Shown here: one piece after another, positions 45,037 to 54,457 of the stretch | Layout: each line of letters opens with the position of its first letter | Numbering within the stretch: the stretch's first letter is position 1 | Translations under genes and position numbers: made by a program | Assembly (NCBI GenBank): GCA_028714535.1 | Contig: JAQTME010000001.1 | Location: 1,270 to 65,269 of the forward strand | Origin: Candidatus Iainarchaeum sp. | GTDB taxonomy: Archaea; Micrarchaeota; Micrarchaeia; Anstonellales; Bilamarchaeaceae | DNA: 64,000 nt | Reading direction: 5' to 3' | The notes under the pieces: model-generated | What the model was told of the DNA's origin: nothing | The model's database searches: none | What the model saw: the letters and a program-made list of their open reading frames with translations, nothing else

Positions 45037-48000
45037 TTATGTATTTTGATAATAGAGTTTGTAGTTGAACGCGCTGATGGAACTGATCCAGCTACTCCGG
45101 TCCGTTCTATAAACATTGGTTCCGTCACGTTGCCAATAGACGCCAACATTGTTTCCTGAAGGCTCGTTGGTATTCAACACAATCCAATAAGTTCCTGCAT
45201 TCAGAGAGAAAGGCGTGAAGTTGAAATCAGCATATGCAACTGAATCGGGAACTGATGAGGTCGTTATGTTGGCGTACGCACTCTCGTTCACAAGAGTTCC
45301 TGAAGGAGCGCCGCTTGCATCTGTTTCTATTCTCAGGTTGAGGTTGCCTGAAGGCGAACCTACTTTCTGGAGGGCCAGTTGAACTCGTGTTATGTTGTTT
45401 GTTCCACTGGTCGTTATCTGAGTGGCCCGTTCAGCCAGAGCACCTTCAGACCAACGCCCGATTATTGCGTCAAGTATTGTTCCTGTAGTATAGCTCAGGC
45501 CAATATAATCAGTGGAGGCAGTGTAGTTCACTTCCGGCCCGAGGGCTACTGATTGTGTCTGATTGAGCGCATGGCCGCATTTGAGCTGCCCTAACGCAAG
45601 TTTATCCACCCCTTTGCCGTATTCTCCTACTGAAAAGCCGAAAGCAGTAATGTTTGCGAGAGAGTAGGACTGGTTGGCACCTCGTTCCGTGCCATTAACC
45701 AGCAGGAGTTCCGTGCGGTTGTTTATGTAGATTGCCTGGACTATCGTCAGATTTCCCTGCGCCATAGTCACGCCGGTATAAGGGTGATAAGAACCGCCAG
45801 TGTTTATGCTCCAACTCATTGCTCCGGTAGTGTATTGATTCTGCCCGTCGAGCATATTGTAGAAACCAAGTGGATAGTTGCCGCAGATGCCATTGGTGAC
45901 GTTTCCTATTCCATAACTCGCTCCGCAGAACTGGGCATAGTATGGATTGGACATCGGTATTATCGCCGCCTCGCATTCCCAGGTGGTCTTGTTGTTCGAA
46001 GGGAGCGCATAGCCGAGGTCTGCGGAAGTTGGGTAAGTGCTGGAGGTTGTATCGTTCAGGTAGAATAGGGTGTCTCCAAGGAAGGAGTATGGATACGTAT
46101 TCGTCATCACTCCAGCTTGCTGATTTGCAAAAGCGCCGTTAATTCCATTCGAACTGTTCTGATAGACTTCATATACCTGTGTCGGATCGGATACGTAGGG
46201 AGCGCCCGGATTTCGGTAGCAAAGTCTTGCCTGGAGTGCGCCATCAGTCATGTTTGCACAGATAAGGGAGGAGTTGTTGTCCGCAAGCGGATAGAGGTCG
46301 GTAAGGTTGGCATGGCAGTATTGAACGAAGCTCGGGTAGGCCGAGGAGTTGTCTGATTTGACTATGCGAAGGTCAGTACAATTGAGGTTGTGATGGACGG
46401 ACGAATTGGCGATGGCACAAAGAGCGTATGACGCATTGCCTAGGTTTGTGGCGCCAGTTGTATTTAAATCTCTGCAACTCAGCCAATTTTCACCCAACCA
46501 CAAAGATGAGTTGGGGTTATATTGAAGGATACCGAAGTTGCTGAACGAGGCGAGATTTGAAAGCGAGAGAGTATTTCCTACCGTATCGGGCGTGCTGTTC
46601 AAATCGGTCCAAGTTCCATTGTATTTGAAAAGGCGGAATTGGGATTCGTTATAACTGGATAAATCGCTGTCAACCCAGTTAAAAGACACATGGTCTATAG
46701 AGGGAGAACCGGTGGTGGTTGAGACATAGATGAAATTCTGGTTGAATGAAGTAGACCCAGAGGGTAAAGCTGAGGCATTGGCTGCCCAGTTTATTGAATA
46801 CGATTCGCTTGTTGCACTATCATTTACCGAAAGGTTGGTGAAATTCTGGTAGTTGCCCGCGGGATTGTCAAAAATGATAGCGGAAAGGTTGATGGTTATT
46901 GGGGAAGCATTGGCATTTATCTGGAAGTCGGCGGTGTTATTGTAGTAGTGGTCACTAATAAAGTAGTTATTGCCATCGCCAATCAAAACCCCTGCTTTGT
47001 GATTATTGTATAACGTATTGCCGATGAGAATATTGCCAGAGCTAGGCCCGACTTCATAGCTATTACTGGTAACAAAATAGATTCCATCGAGATTATCGTA
47101 TAGGGTGTTATTTTGGATAGTACTATTGAAAACAGAATCGAGCCAGATGCTTCCATTATCCCAATGATAACCGGGGTTGGCAGTATTGTTGTAGGCAATA
47201 TTGTCAATGATACTGATGTTGTAATTGTTGTAGAAATAAAACCCCCACCAGCAGTTGAAGACGGTGTTATTTATGAACGAGTTGTTATACCCCTGATTGG
47301 AGTTTATACCAACGGTGTGGACGCACTCGGTACCACTAGCATAGTTGGGGCAGGTGGTATTAGGCTTGGAGTTATTCGTGTCATAAATCACACAATTTTT
47401 GATTGTAACATTACTAAATAGACTGCCGCGATGAAATTGAATGCCCCACGCATCAATGTCATTATAGCTAGGGGGTGTCGAAACACCGCTGAGACTTATA
47501 TTGTGGCCATTACAATCAAGCACAAGATTGGAGGAGTTAATCAGAAAACAGGCAAATCCCCAATCCGTTGCCGGTGCTCCAATGTCCCATAATGGCGCTC
47601 CTGTGACATTGCCCAGAAGCATTGCATTTCCATTCACATATCCGCATCCGTAATAAGGAATCGAACGATTGGTCTCATTGGTAACTAAGTAACCGATACC
47701 AGAAATGTTTGCATAGCCTTTGATTGAATAAGTATGATTGAGGACAGTCAGGCTATCTGGGATCGAATAGTTGCATGATAGATTGTCCGGGGCAAGTGAA
47801 CACGAATAGTTCACACCGTCTACCTCGATTTGACTGCCAATGCTCAGGGCTACGCTCGCACCCATGTTGATGTTTATTGGGAAGGTGAAGTAGTTGGTAT
47901 CGTTGAGGGGGGTTGGGGAAATGAAATAAACGTTTGGGGAAGATATGACCGTGAACGTCACCAGCGACGAATTTTGGTAAGTTCCATTCCAGCAGGTTGC

Positions 48001-49272
48001 ATTGAGGACGTATACATCAGGGGAGAAGGTCGTATTAGAAAAGGAAAAGAGGGTGTTGTTAGTTACATCTTGATTCGCAAGTATAAGTCCGGCTCCGGTC
48101 GAAACGTTCAGGAAGTAACTGAGGTTGTCACCACTACAAGTCACGTTTATGTCTAGGGGGGTTATTGCGTAGGTAGAATTGGTTGGACTTGAAGTGTAAA
48201 CATTTAGGGTACCAGCTACGTCAGGGATTGTATAGTTCACCTCAACTCCGAGCGTCACGTTGAAGCTCTGATTGAGTGTATTGAAGCACTTGACCTGTCC
48301 AACTGCCATTCTGTCCACATTTGTTCCAGACGAACCAGCGCTGAACCCCACTGCGGTTATGTTGGCGGGGGAGTATGCAGTGATGTTGTATCCAACTTCA
48401 GAACCATTTATCAGCTCGTTGTGGGTGCGATTGAGCATAAAGGTGGTCTGAACAATTGTAAGGTTGCCGATGTAGAATTTCGGGTTGAGTCTTGAGTATG
48501 TAACGTACGAACCGCCCGGGTTGTAGAGCCAGCTCATAACTCCTTTTCCAATTTGGTTTTGCCCATCAAGGAAACCAAAAAAGCCCACGGGGTAGTTGCC
48601 GCACACACCGTTGGTGACATTTCCAGTAGCGTAGCTAGCTCCACAGAATTGGAAGTAGTAGGGCTGGGTGATTGGAATGACCGCGACCTCGCATCCTATC
48701 GTACTCTTGTTGTCGGTGTTCAGCTTCCAGCCGAGCGATGCTTGTGAAGCACCGGTGTCATTCAGATAGAACAATTTCGCGCCAAGGAAGGAGTATTGTG
48801 GGTATGCGTTCGTCATGGTACCGCTCATGAAATTTGCAAAGGCACCCTGGGTGGTCCCATCTGCTGCGTCCTTGTAGATCATGAACACTGTGCCATTATC
48901 TGATACGTTTGCTGCGTCAAGGTTGCGGTAGCACAGTCTTGCCTGGAGCGCACCGTCGGTCATGTTCGCGCAAATGAGGGACGAGTTGCTGTCCGCTAGT
49001 GGATAAAGGTTGGTTAGATTGGCATGGCAGTATTGGACGAAGCTCGGGTAGGCCGAGGAATTGTCCGATTTTATGATACGGAGGTCTGAGCAGTTGAGAT
49101 TGTACTGGACGGACGAGTTGATGATGGCACACAGAGTGTAGGGTGCATTGCCACTATTTGATGCTCCAGACGTGTTCAAGTCACGACAGGAAGTCCAGCT
49201 GGGGCCATACCAGTCTGCAGAAGCAAAAGTCATCATAAAAAGGATGATAATGAGACCGAGTTTGTTTCGCAT
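45037..49272 (-). CDS. giant secreted surface protein (1411 aa from the signal-peptide Met): two copies of a ~330-aa Cys-containing domain, a central right-handed parallel beta-helix (PbH1-like) region, and very many N-x-S/T sequons
   Basis: Signal peptide MRNKLGLIIILFMMTFASA. Beta-helix repeats such as NNTLYDNLDGIYF and GNTLYNNHKAGVLIG. More than 100 N-x-S/T sequons. GC content is about 40-45% against about 60% for the rest of the window, with AAT/TAT/ATT-type codons. Confidence 0.8.
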   Translation of the reverse strand: MRNKLGLIIILFMMTFASADWYGPSWTSCRDLNTSGASNSGNAPYTLCAIINSSVQYNLNCSDLRIIKSDNSSAYPSFVQYCHANLTNLYPLADSNSSLICANMTDGALQARLCYRNLDAANVSDNGTVFMIYKDAADGTTQGAFANFMSGTMTNAYPQYSFLGAKLFYLNDTGASQASLGWKLNTDNKSTIGCEVAVIPITQPYYFQFCGASYATGNVTNGVCGNYPVGFFGFLDGQNQIGKGVMSWLYNPGGSYVTYSRLNPKFYIGNLTIVQTTFMLNRTHNELINGSEVGYNITAYSPANITAVGFSAGSSGTNVDRMAVGQVKCFNTLNQSFNVTLGVEVNYTIPDVAGTLNVYTSSPTNSTYAITPLDINVTCSGDNLSYFLNVSTGAGLILANQDVTNNTLFSFSNTTFSPDVYVLNATCWNGTYQNSSLVTFTVISSPNVYFISPTPLNDTNYFTFPININMGASVALSIGSQIEVDGVNYSCSLAPDNLSCNYSIPDSLTVLNHTYSIKGYANISGIGYLVTNETNRSIPYYGCGYVNGNAMLLGNVTGAPLWDIGAPATDWGFACFLINSSNLVLDCNGHNISLSGVSTPPSYNDIDAWGIQFHRGSLFSNVTIKNCVIYDTNNSKPNTTCPNYASGTECVHTVGINSNQGYNNSFINNTVFNCWWGFYFYNNYNISIIDNIAYNNTANPGYHWDNGSIWLDSVFNSTIQNNTLYDNLDGIYFVTSNSYEVGPSSGNILIGNTLYNNHKAGVLIGDGNNYFISDHYYNNTADFQINANASPITINLSAIIFDNPAGNYQNFTNLSVNDSATSESYSINWAANASALPSGSTSFNQNFIYVSTTTGSPSIDHVSFNWVDSDLSSYNESQFRLFKYNGTWTDLNSTPDTVGNTLSLSNLASFSNFGILQYNPNSSLWLGENWLSCRDLNTTGATNLGNASYALCAIANSSVHHNLNCTDLRIVKSDNSSAYPSFVQYCHANLTDLYPLADNNSSLICANMTDGALQARLCYRNPGAPYVSDPTQVYEVYQNSSNGINGAFANQQAGVMTNTYPYSFLGDTLFYLNDTTSSTYPTSADLGYALPSNNKTTWECEAAIIPMSNPYYAQFCGASYGIGNVTNGICGNYPLGFYNMLDGQNQYTTGAMSWSINTGGSYHPYTGVTMAQGNLTIVQAIYINNRTELLLVNGTERGANQSYSLANITAFGFSVGEYGKGVDKLALGQLKCGHALNQTQSVALGPEVNYTASTDYIGLSYTTGTILDAIIGRWSEGALAERATQITTSGTNNITRVQLALQKVGSPSGNLNLRIETDASGAPSGTLVNESAYANITTSSVPDSVAYADFNFTPFSLNAGTYWIVLNTNEPSGNNVGVYWQRDGTNVYRTDRSSWISSISAFNYKLYYQNT
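45520..46503 (-). repeat. intragenic tandem duplication, copy 2 (aa ~933-1260 of the giant protein)
   Basis: SCRDLNTTGATN...ICANMTDGALQARLCYRN...EVNYT is repeated near the N-terminus. Nucleotide stretches of 100-150 nt are roughly 85-90% identical between copies (for example 46340-46440 against 49040-49150). Confidence 0.75.
48229..49212 (-). repeat. intragenic tandem duplication, copy 1 (aa ~30-357)
   Basis: See copy 2. The two copies are direct repeats separated by about 2.7 kb. Confidence 0.75.
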
Positions 49273-49300
49273 TGCCCGCACCTCCGAACAAAACCACATG

Positions 49301-49323
49301 GTGAGGGTCTAGTTTGTCCTCAC
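49301..49323. promoter_or_regulatory. inverted repeat GTGAGG-N11-CCTCAC in the 5' leader of the giant gene, next to a shared divergent TATA box
   Basis: A perfect 6-bp inverted repeat at 49301-49306 and 49318-49323. The TATA box gtatataatt lies at about 49346-49355, between the divergent genes. Confidence 0.3.
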
Positions 49324-49411
49324 ATGCATTCAACAGGCCTGCACAGTATATAATTCTTGCCTTACAGGAATCAAAAGAGAAACTTGTTACTGGCGGGAGT
49401 TGTAGATTGCC

Positions 49412-51259
49412 ATGATAGTGATGCTCGCGTATTTTCTTGTTGTGATGCTCGCCATGGGATTCGCAGCCTGGCGGCTTCTCGGCGCTCAAGAGGATGACGA
49501 CTGCACGAAGGCATTCATCTGGCTGGCGACAGGCATCGTGCTTTTTGTGATGGCGACCGCCGTTCTCGGATTCATCGGTCAGGCGAACTGGGCCGCATAC
49601 CTCGTTATCGCCGCTGCGCTTCTTGGCGCCGCATACTGGAAAGACAGCAAGGCCGGCATCAGATACAATCTAAGGCTGCCTGTGCTGGGCCTGGAATGGA
49701 AGCTGGTCTGCCTCATCTTTCTTGTCCATCTCTATGTGTACGCGAGCGGTGCGTTCTCCTACCCATGGCTCGAGGACGACGACCCGTGGGAGCATGCCGC
49801 GGCAGCGCATTACGTGTCGCTGTACGGCAGCTACATCCAGCCCACTGGCCTGCCCCTCCACTACCTCGTGCCATACACGCCATTCTACGACGTGCTCCTG
49901 GGAGTGCTTTTCCAGCTCGACAATTCATCGATGCAGGCTGTGCTGAAATTCTTCAATGCCCTGCTGGTCAGCCTCGCCATACCGTTGTTCTTCTGCTGGG
50001 CGAAGGAAAGGCTCGGCGGCCGCACGGCCCTCTGGGCCACGTTCGCGCTCGCTGTGCTGCCCTGCTTCATGAGCCATTTCATATGGTCGCAGACGCTCGC
50101 GCTCATGCTCGTGTTCCCTGCATTATATTTCATCGAGAAGTTCTCCAAGGCTGATGCCCACAAGAAGGCTTTCGGGGTTCTAGCGGCCTTTGCGGTCGCA
50201 TCCGTATTCATGACGCAACCCTCCACCGGAGCCATGTTCGGCGGCCTGGCGGTTGTCTACATAGCCGCGCTCGCGCTACCGGACATCATTACATCGCGCA
50301 CGCTCATTCTCTCTAAGCTGAAGCCGCCCGCAATCGCGCTCGGCGCAGGCCTCCTCATCTCAATCGTGCTTTTCTGGGGCCCGGTTTTCGCCATGTATCC
50401 TGTCGAGCAGGTGTTCGCGCAGAACAGCCTGAGCGCAAAATTGCTCACAGACGTCCAGGGGGATACGGGCGGCGGGCTTGTTTACAGCATAAGCGACTTC
50501 ATCGACGCACCGTCCTCATCAAAGATGGACCAGCCGATAGGCTTCGGCCCGGCGATGGCCCTGTTGATGATTATCGGTGTGATTGCGGCCATATACGCGC
50601 TGCGTTCCCAGGAAAACAGGGATTCCGCAGCCGTCATGCTGCTGTGGCTTGCCTACGGCCTCATCGGCACAGAAGGCAACCTGCTGCCTGTGAAGCTCGT
50701 GCCCCACCGCTTCTGGGTTTTCCTTGCCATACCGGTCGCGATCCTGGCCGGATACGGCGCAGTCAAGGCGCTGGAGTACATAGAGAAGAACCGCAAGGGC
50801 ATGGAACTGATAGCCAAGGCGCTTATAGTGGCTGCGCTGCTGTTCACGTCAGCGTATCCGAAGGGCGTGGTGGAGACGTCCCAATGGCCGCCGGGCGCCA
50901 AGTGGGTTTCAGATGCGCAGATTTCAGGCTACGTCGGCCTCAAGGGCCTGCCGGCGAACACGCCGGTATTCGGCTTCTGTTTCGGCGAGGAGTTCGCAGA
51001 CGGCATGGACAAGGCGGGCTACGCCTGGATAAAGGAAGTGCGCGATTACAAAACGCGCTCCATCACCGACAGCATGGACGGCAACTACGCATTCCTGAAA
51101 AAATACGGCTACCAATACGCTGTGATCGACCAGAGCTGCCTGAATGCATTCACCGCAGACCAGATAAACGCCAAGCTCAACGGATTGGGCGGCGACGGCA
51201 GATTCACTGTGGCGGAGCAATATTCGAACCAGGCGTTCATCACGCTCAAGGTGAATTAG
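49412..51259 (+). CDS. GT-C-fold polytopic membrane glycosyltransferase-like protein (not a canonical AglB/STT3)
   Basis: About 13 TM helices plus a C-terminal soluble domain of about 150 aa. An acidic first-loop motif YPWLEDDDPWEH resembles the GT-C catalytic loop. No WWDYG motif is present. Confidence 0.55.
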   Translation: MIVMLAYFLVVMLAMGFAAWRLLGAQEDDDCTKAFIWLATGIVLFVMATAVLGFIGQANWAAYLVIAAALLGAAYWKDSKAGIRYNLRLPVLGLEWKLVCLIFLVHLYVYASGAFSYPWLEDDDPWEHAAAAHYVSLYGSYIQPTGLPLHYLVPYTPFYDVLLGVLFQLDNSSMQAVLKFFNALLVSLAIPLFFCWAKERLGGRTALWATFALAVLPCFMSHFIWSQTLALMLVFPALYFIEKFSKADAHKKAFGVLAAFAVASVFMTQPSTGAMFGGLAVVYIAALALPDIITSRTLILSKLKPPAIALGAGLLISIVLFWGPVFAMYPVEQVFAQNSLSAKLLTDVQGDTGGGLVYSISDFIDAPSSSKMDQPIGFGPAMALLMIIGVIAAIYALRSQENRDSAAVMLLWLAYGLIGTEGNLLPVKLVPHRFWVFLAIPVAILAGYGAVKALEYIEKNRKGMELIAKALIVAALLFTSAYPKGVVETSQWPPGAKWVSDAQISGYVGLKGLPANTPVFGFCFGEEFADGMDKAGYAWIKEVRDYKTRSITDSMDGNYAFLKKYGYQYAVIDQSCLNAFTADQINAKLNGLGGDGRFTVAEQYSNQAFITLKVN

Positions 51260-52202
51260 TTTCGATGAGGTAGCGTATCGTCCTTCTGACGCCGTCTTCT
51301 ATGCTGACCTTCGGCTTCCAGCCGAGCGCCTCCATGCGCTTCGTGGAAAGCAGGACGACCGGCTGGTCCCCGACCCATCCGCCTGCGCCGCCCGTATGAC
51401 GGTATTCTACGTCATTAAGACGCATCTCCTGCACTATCATGTCAGCGACAGTGTCCACGCCGATGGTGTAGCCCTGCCCGAGATTGTAGATTGAAGTGGC
51501 ACCTGCTTTCGCTGCCCTGGCCCCTGCCATCATCCCCGCCACGCAGTCCTTGACATAAAGGTAGGACTTCTTCTGCTTCCCGTCGCCGAGGATTTCCAGC
51601 CGCCGGGGATTTTTTTTCAGCTTGCGGTAGAAGTCTATCACAACGCCGTGCGGATAGCGCTCGCCGACTATGGAGACGAACCTGTAGATGGAATTCGCTA
51701 TGCCGTAATACTCTGAATAGGCCTCGATGAGCGCCTCCCCTGCGAGTTTGGACGCGCCGTAGAGCGAGTTCTGTATCATCGGCGCATCCTCTGGCACAGG
51801 GAAAGCCTTCTGGATGCCATAGACGGCCCCTGACGAGCTGAATGCGATGCCCTTTATGTCGTTGAGCCGCATCGCCTCGAGCACGTTGTGCGTCGCGATG
51901 GTATTCTGCTCCAGGTCTATTGAGGTATTTGCCATTCCGCCGCGGATGTCTGCATTGGCGGCCAGGTGGAATATGAACTCGGCGCCTGCGCATGCCTTGA
52001 TGAGTGCGTCCTTCTTCAGCAGGTCGAGCTTCTGGAACGAGTAGTTCTTTGCCTTTTTGTGCGCTTCGACAATTTTTGGCTGGCCTGTGCGCATGCTGTC
52101 CAGGACGAGCACGTTCGCGCCCTGCAACAGGAGCTCGTCGACCACATGGGAGCCTATGAATCCTGCGCCACCAGTGACAACAACGCTCTTTCCGGAGAAC
52201 AT
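51246..52202 (-). CDS. NAD-dependent epimerase/dehydratase
   Basis: VVVTGGAGFIGSH and the YGASK catalytic motif. Confidence 0.8.
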   Translation of the reverse strand: MFSGKSVVVTGGAGFIGSHVVDELLLQGANVLVLDSMRTGQPKIVEAHKKAKNYSFQKLDLLKKDALIKACAGAEFIFHLAANADIRGGMANTSIDLEQNTIATHNVLEAMRLNDIKGIAFSSSGAVYGIQKAFPVPEDAPMIQNSLYGASKLAGEALIEAYSEYYGIANSIYRFVSIVGERYPHGVVIDFYRKLKKNPRRLEILGDGKQKKSYLYVKDCVAGMMAGARAAKAGATSIYNLGQGYTIGVDTVADMIVQEMRLNDVEYRHTGGAGGWVGDQPVVLLSTKRMEALGWKPKVSIEDGVRRTIRYLIETNSP

Positions 52203-53185
52203 CAGCGCACCGCCCTGTCGTTGAAGACGATGCGCGAGCCCTCGCTCGGGAAGCCGAACTTCACCTCGCGCATTGGGGCGAGCGCCTTGCGCACCGCGGC
52301 CTGCTTCTCCTCTTCGCAGTAGAACATGAAGAACCCGCCGCCGCCTGCGCCAAGGACCTTGCCGCCGGTTGCGCCCGCCTCCTTAGCCGCCGAGTAGTAG
52401 TTGTCTATGAGCTCTGTGCTGACGCCGGAAGCGAACGTGCGCTTCATCTGCCAGGACTCGTCGAGCATCTCGCCGAACGAGCTGAGGTCCCCTTTCTCCA
52501 GCTTGGACTTCGCCTGCTCTGCCATGGAACGGAGGCGGTTGAGGTATTCGGTCTTGTCGCCTATCTTCTCCTTCTGCTCCTTGAGCACCCTCCCTGAGCT
52601 CCTGCTCACGCCGGTGTGGAAGAACAATAGTTTTTTCCTGAAGGCTGCCAGCGTGCTCGGCTTTATCTTAACCGGCTCAACTGAAACCGTGTCGTCCTTG
52701 TTGAAGCGTATGAGGTTGAAGCCGCCGAAGGCCGCGATGTACTGGTCCTGCTTGCCTATGGGCTCGCTGAGCACGCCTATCTCTATCCTGCAGGCCGCCT
52801 TGGCCAGTTTGTCAGCATCAGCAGGCTCGCCGCGGAATGCGTAGAGCGCGTTTAATACGCCGACAAGGAAGCTGCTGGAAGAGCCGAGGCCGGTGCCGTG
52901 GGAAGGGAAATCGGCGAGGGCGCTGAGCTCTATGGCATGGTCCACGCCGGTGAAGCGCAGGGCCTCGCGCAGCGTGGGATGGAGTATCTGGTCCACAGAC
53001 TCGACTATCTCGGTGAGCCGGTAGTTGAGCTGGATGGCATTGTCGAACTTGGGGTTGGCCATTATGTAGACGTACTTGTCTATGGCCGCGCTGAGGACGC
53101 AACCGTGGTCCAGCTCGTAATATTTCCTGAAGTCGGTCCCCCCTCCGAAGAAGGATATGCGGAACGGCGTCCTTGATGTAAGCAT
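52202..53185 (-). CDS. hddA: GHMP-family sugar kinase, D-glycero-alpha-D-manno-heptose 7-phosphate kinase-like (HddA)
   Basis: GHMP motif PSHGTGLGSSSSF. It sits with gmhA, hddC and gmhB. Confidence 0.7.
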   Translation of the reverse strand: MLTSRTPFRISFFGGGTDFRKYYELDHGCVLSAAIDKYVYIMANPKFDNAIQLNYRLTEIVESVDQILHPTLREALRFTGVDHAIELSALADFPSHGTGLGSSSSFLVGVLNALYAFRGEPADADKLAKAACRIEIGVLSEPIGKQDQYIAAFGGFNLIRFNKDDTVSVEPVKIKPSTLAAFRKKLLFFHTGVSRSSGRVLKEQKEKIGDKTEYLNRLRSMAEQAKSKLEKGDLSSFGEMLDESWQMKRTFASGVSTELIDNYYSAAKEAGATGGKVLGAGGGGFFMFYCEEEKQAAVRKALAPMREVKFGFPSEGSRIVFNDRAVR

Positions 53186-53189
53186 GGCA

Positions 53190-53762
53190 TCAGGCCTCTC
53201 CCATTTGTTTTCTCACAATGTGTATCTTGAGCAGGTGGCCGATGACGAAATGCACGTCCTCGGCAATCTCCACGTTGTCTGTCTTGGCTATTATGCAGTG
53301 TTTCGCGGTGCTGGCGAGCTTTCCGCCCTTGAAAGCGGCCAGGCCGGCTGTGTGCGCCCCTGCGCCGTTAGCATATTCGATGGCGCGCAGGACGTTGGGT
53401 GAATTCCCGCTGGTGCTTATGCCGATTGCCAGGTCGCCCGGCCTCAGCAGGTTCTCCAGCTGCTCCTTGAATATCATGTCGTATGACGTGTCGTTGCCCC
53501 AGGCCGTCATCAGCGGCACGTTCTCGTTGAGGCAGATGATCCTGAGGCGCTTCTTGCCAGGGACTATCGTGCCCTTTGACAGGTCGGCTGCGAAATGGAC
53601 CGCGTTAGTGGCGCTGTCGCCGTTGCCGAAAACATATATCGTGCCGCCGCGCGCGTTCGTTTCAAGCAGGAGATTTGCGAGGGACGCCACGTCCTCCTCG
53701 TCTATGGCGTCTAGGCATTGTTTCAGCATTTTCACGTAGGAATTCAAATCAGGCACGTTCAT
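53190..53762 (-). CDS. gmhA: phosphoheptose isomerase, second paralog
   Basis: SIS motif VFGNGDSATNAVHFAADL. Confidence 0.85.
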   Translation of the reverse strand: MNVPDLNSYVKMLKQCLDAIDEEDVASLANLLLETNARGGTIYVFGNGDSATNAVHFAADLSKGTIVPGKKRLRIICLNENVPLMTAWGNDTSYDMIFKEQLENLLRPGDLAIGISTSGNSPNVLRAIEYANGAGAHTAGLAAFKGGKLASTAKHCIIAKTDNVEIAEDVHFVIGHLLKIHIVRKQMGEA

Positions 53763-54457
53763 GCTATCCCCCCGCCGAGCGATTTTTTCAGGCGCTCTGG
53801 CGTGCCGATGTCAAGTATGTTCTCCCGGGTCATGTAAGCGTAAAGCTTCCCGCCTTTCCTGAGGATCCCGGGCAGGGCGTCCTTGTCCAGCATAGATTTA
53901 CCATCAGGAAAATACTTTAAGATTGCCTTCTCGAAGCAGTAGACCCCCGCATTGGATATGTTGTCGAATTTGTCGCCTGGCTTCGGCTTCCCCAGGAACC
54001 TGACGACCTCCCAATCCGGCGTGACCTCTAGTATGTCTGAGTCGTAGGGATGGTCGCTCTCATGCACAGTGAGCGTGCCCAGCCCGCCCTTTGCGGTGTG
54101 GAACCCGACCAGCTTGCGGAGGTCCATGCCGCCGAGCAGGTCGCCATACATCATGACGAACCTGTCGCTGAGCAGGGGCGCTGCCTTTTTCAGTGCGCCG
54201 CCTGTGCCGAGAAGCTCCGTCTCTATGGAATATTCGATGTGCACGCCGAGCCCGCTGCCGTCGCCGAAATGCGCCTGCACCAGCTCCGCCAGGTGGCCTG
54301 CGCAGATGACGATGTCCTTCATGCCATAGCGCGCCAGCCAGAGTATCTGATGCTCCAGCACGGGTTTTCCGTTCACCATGACAAGGCCTTTCGGCAGGGC
54401 TTTTGTCAGCTTGCCGAGCCTGGTGCCAAGGCCGCCTGCGACTATGACGCCCTTCAT
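53759..54457 (-). CDS. hddC: heptose 1-phosphate guanylyltransferase-like nucleotidyltransferase (HddC)
   Basis: KGVIVAGGLGTRLGKLT and 232 aa. It overlaps the flanking genes by 4 nt. Confidence 0.7.
   Translation of the reverse strand: MKGVIVAGGLGTRLGKLTKALPKGLVMVNGKPVLEHQILWLARYGMKDIVICAGHLAELVQAHFGDGSGLGVHIEYSIETELLGTGGALKKAAPLLSDRFVMMYGDLLGGMDLRKLVGFHTAKGGLGTLTVHESDHPYDSDILEVTPDWEVVRFLGKPKPGDKFDNISNAGVYCFEKAILKYFPDGKSMLDKDALPGILRKGGKLYAYMTRENILDIGTPERLKKSLGGGIA

Noticed and set aside
45695-48747. Several 60-110-aa plus-strand ORFs inside the giant surface-protein gene
   Set aside because: These are antisense fragments within a well-supported 4.2-kb gene.
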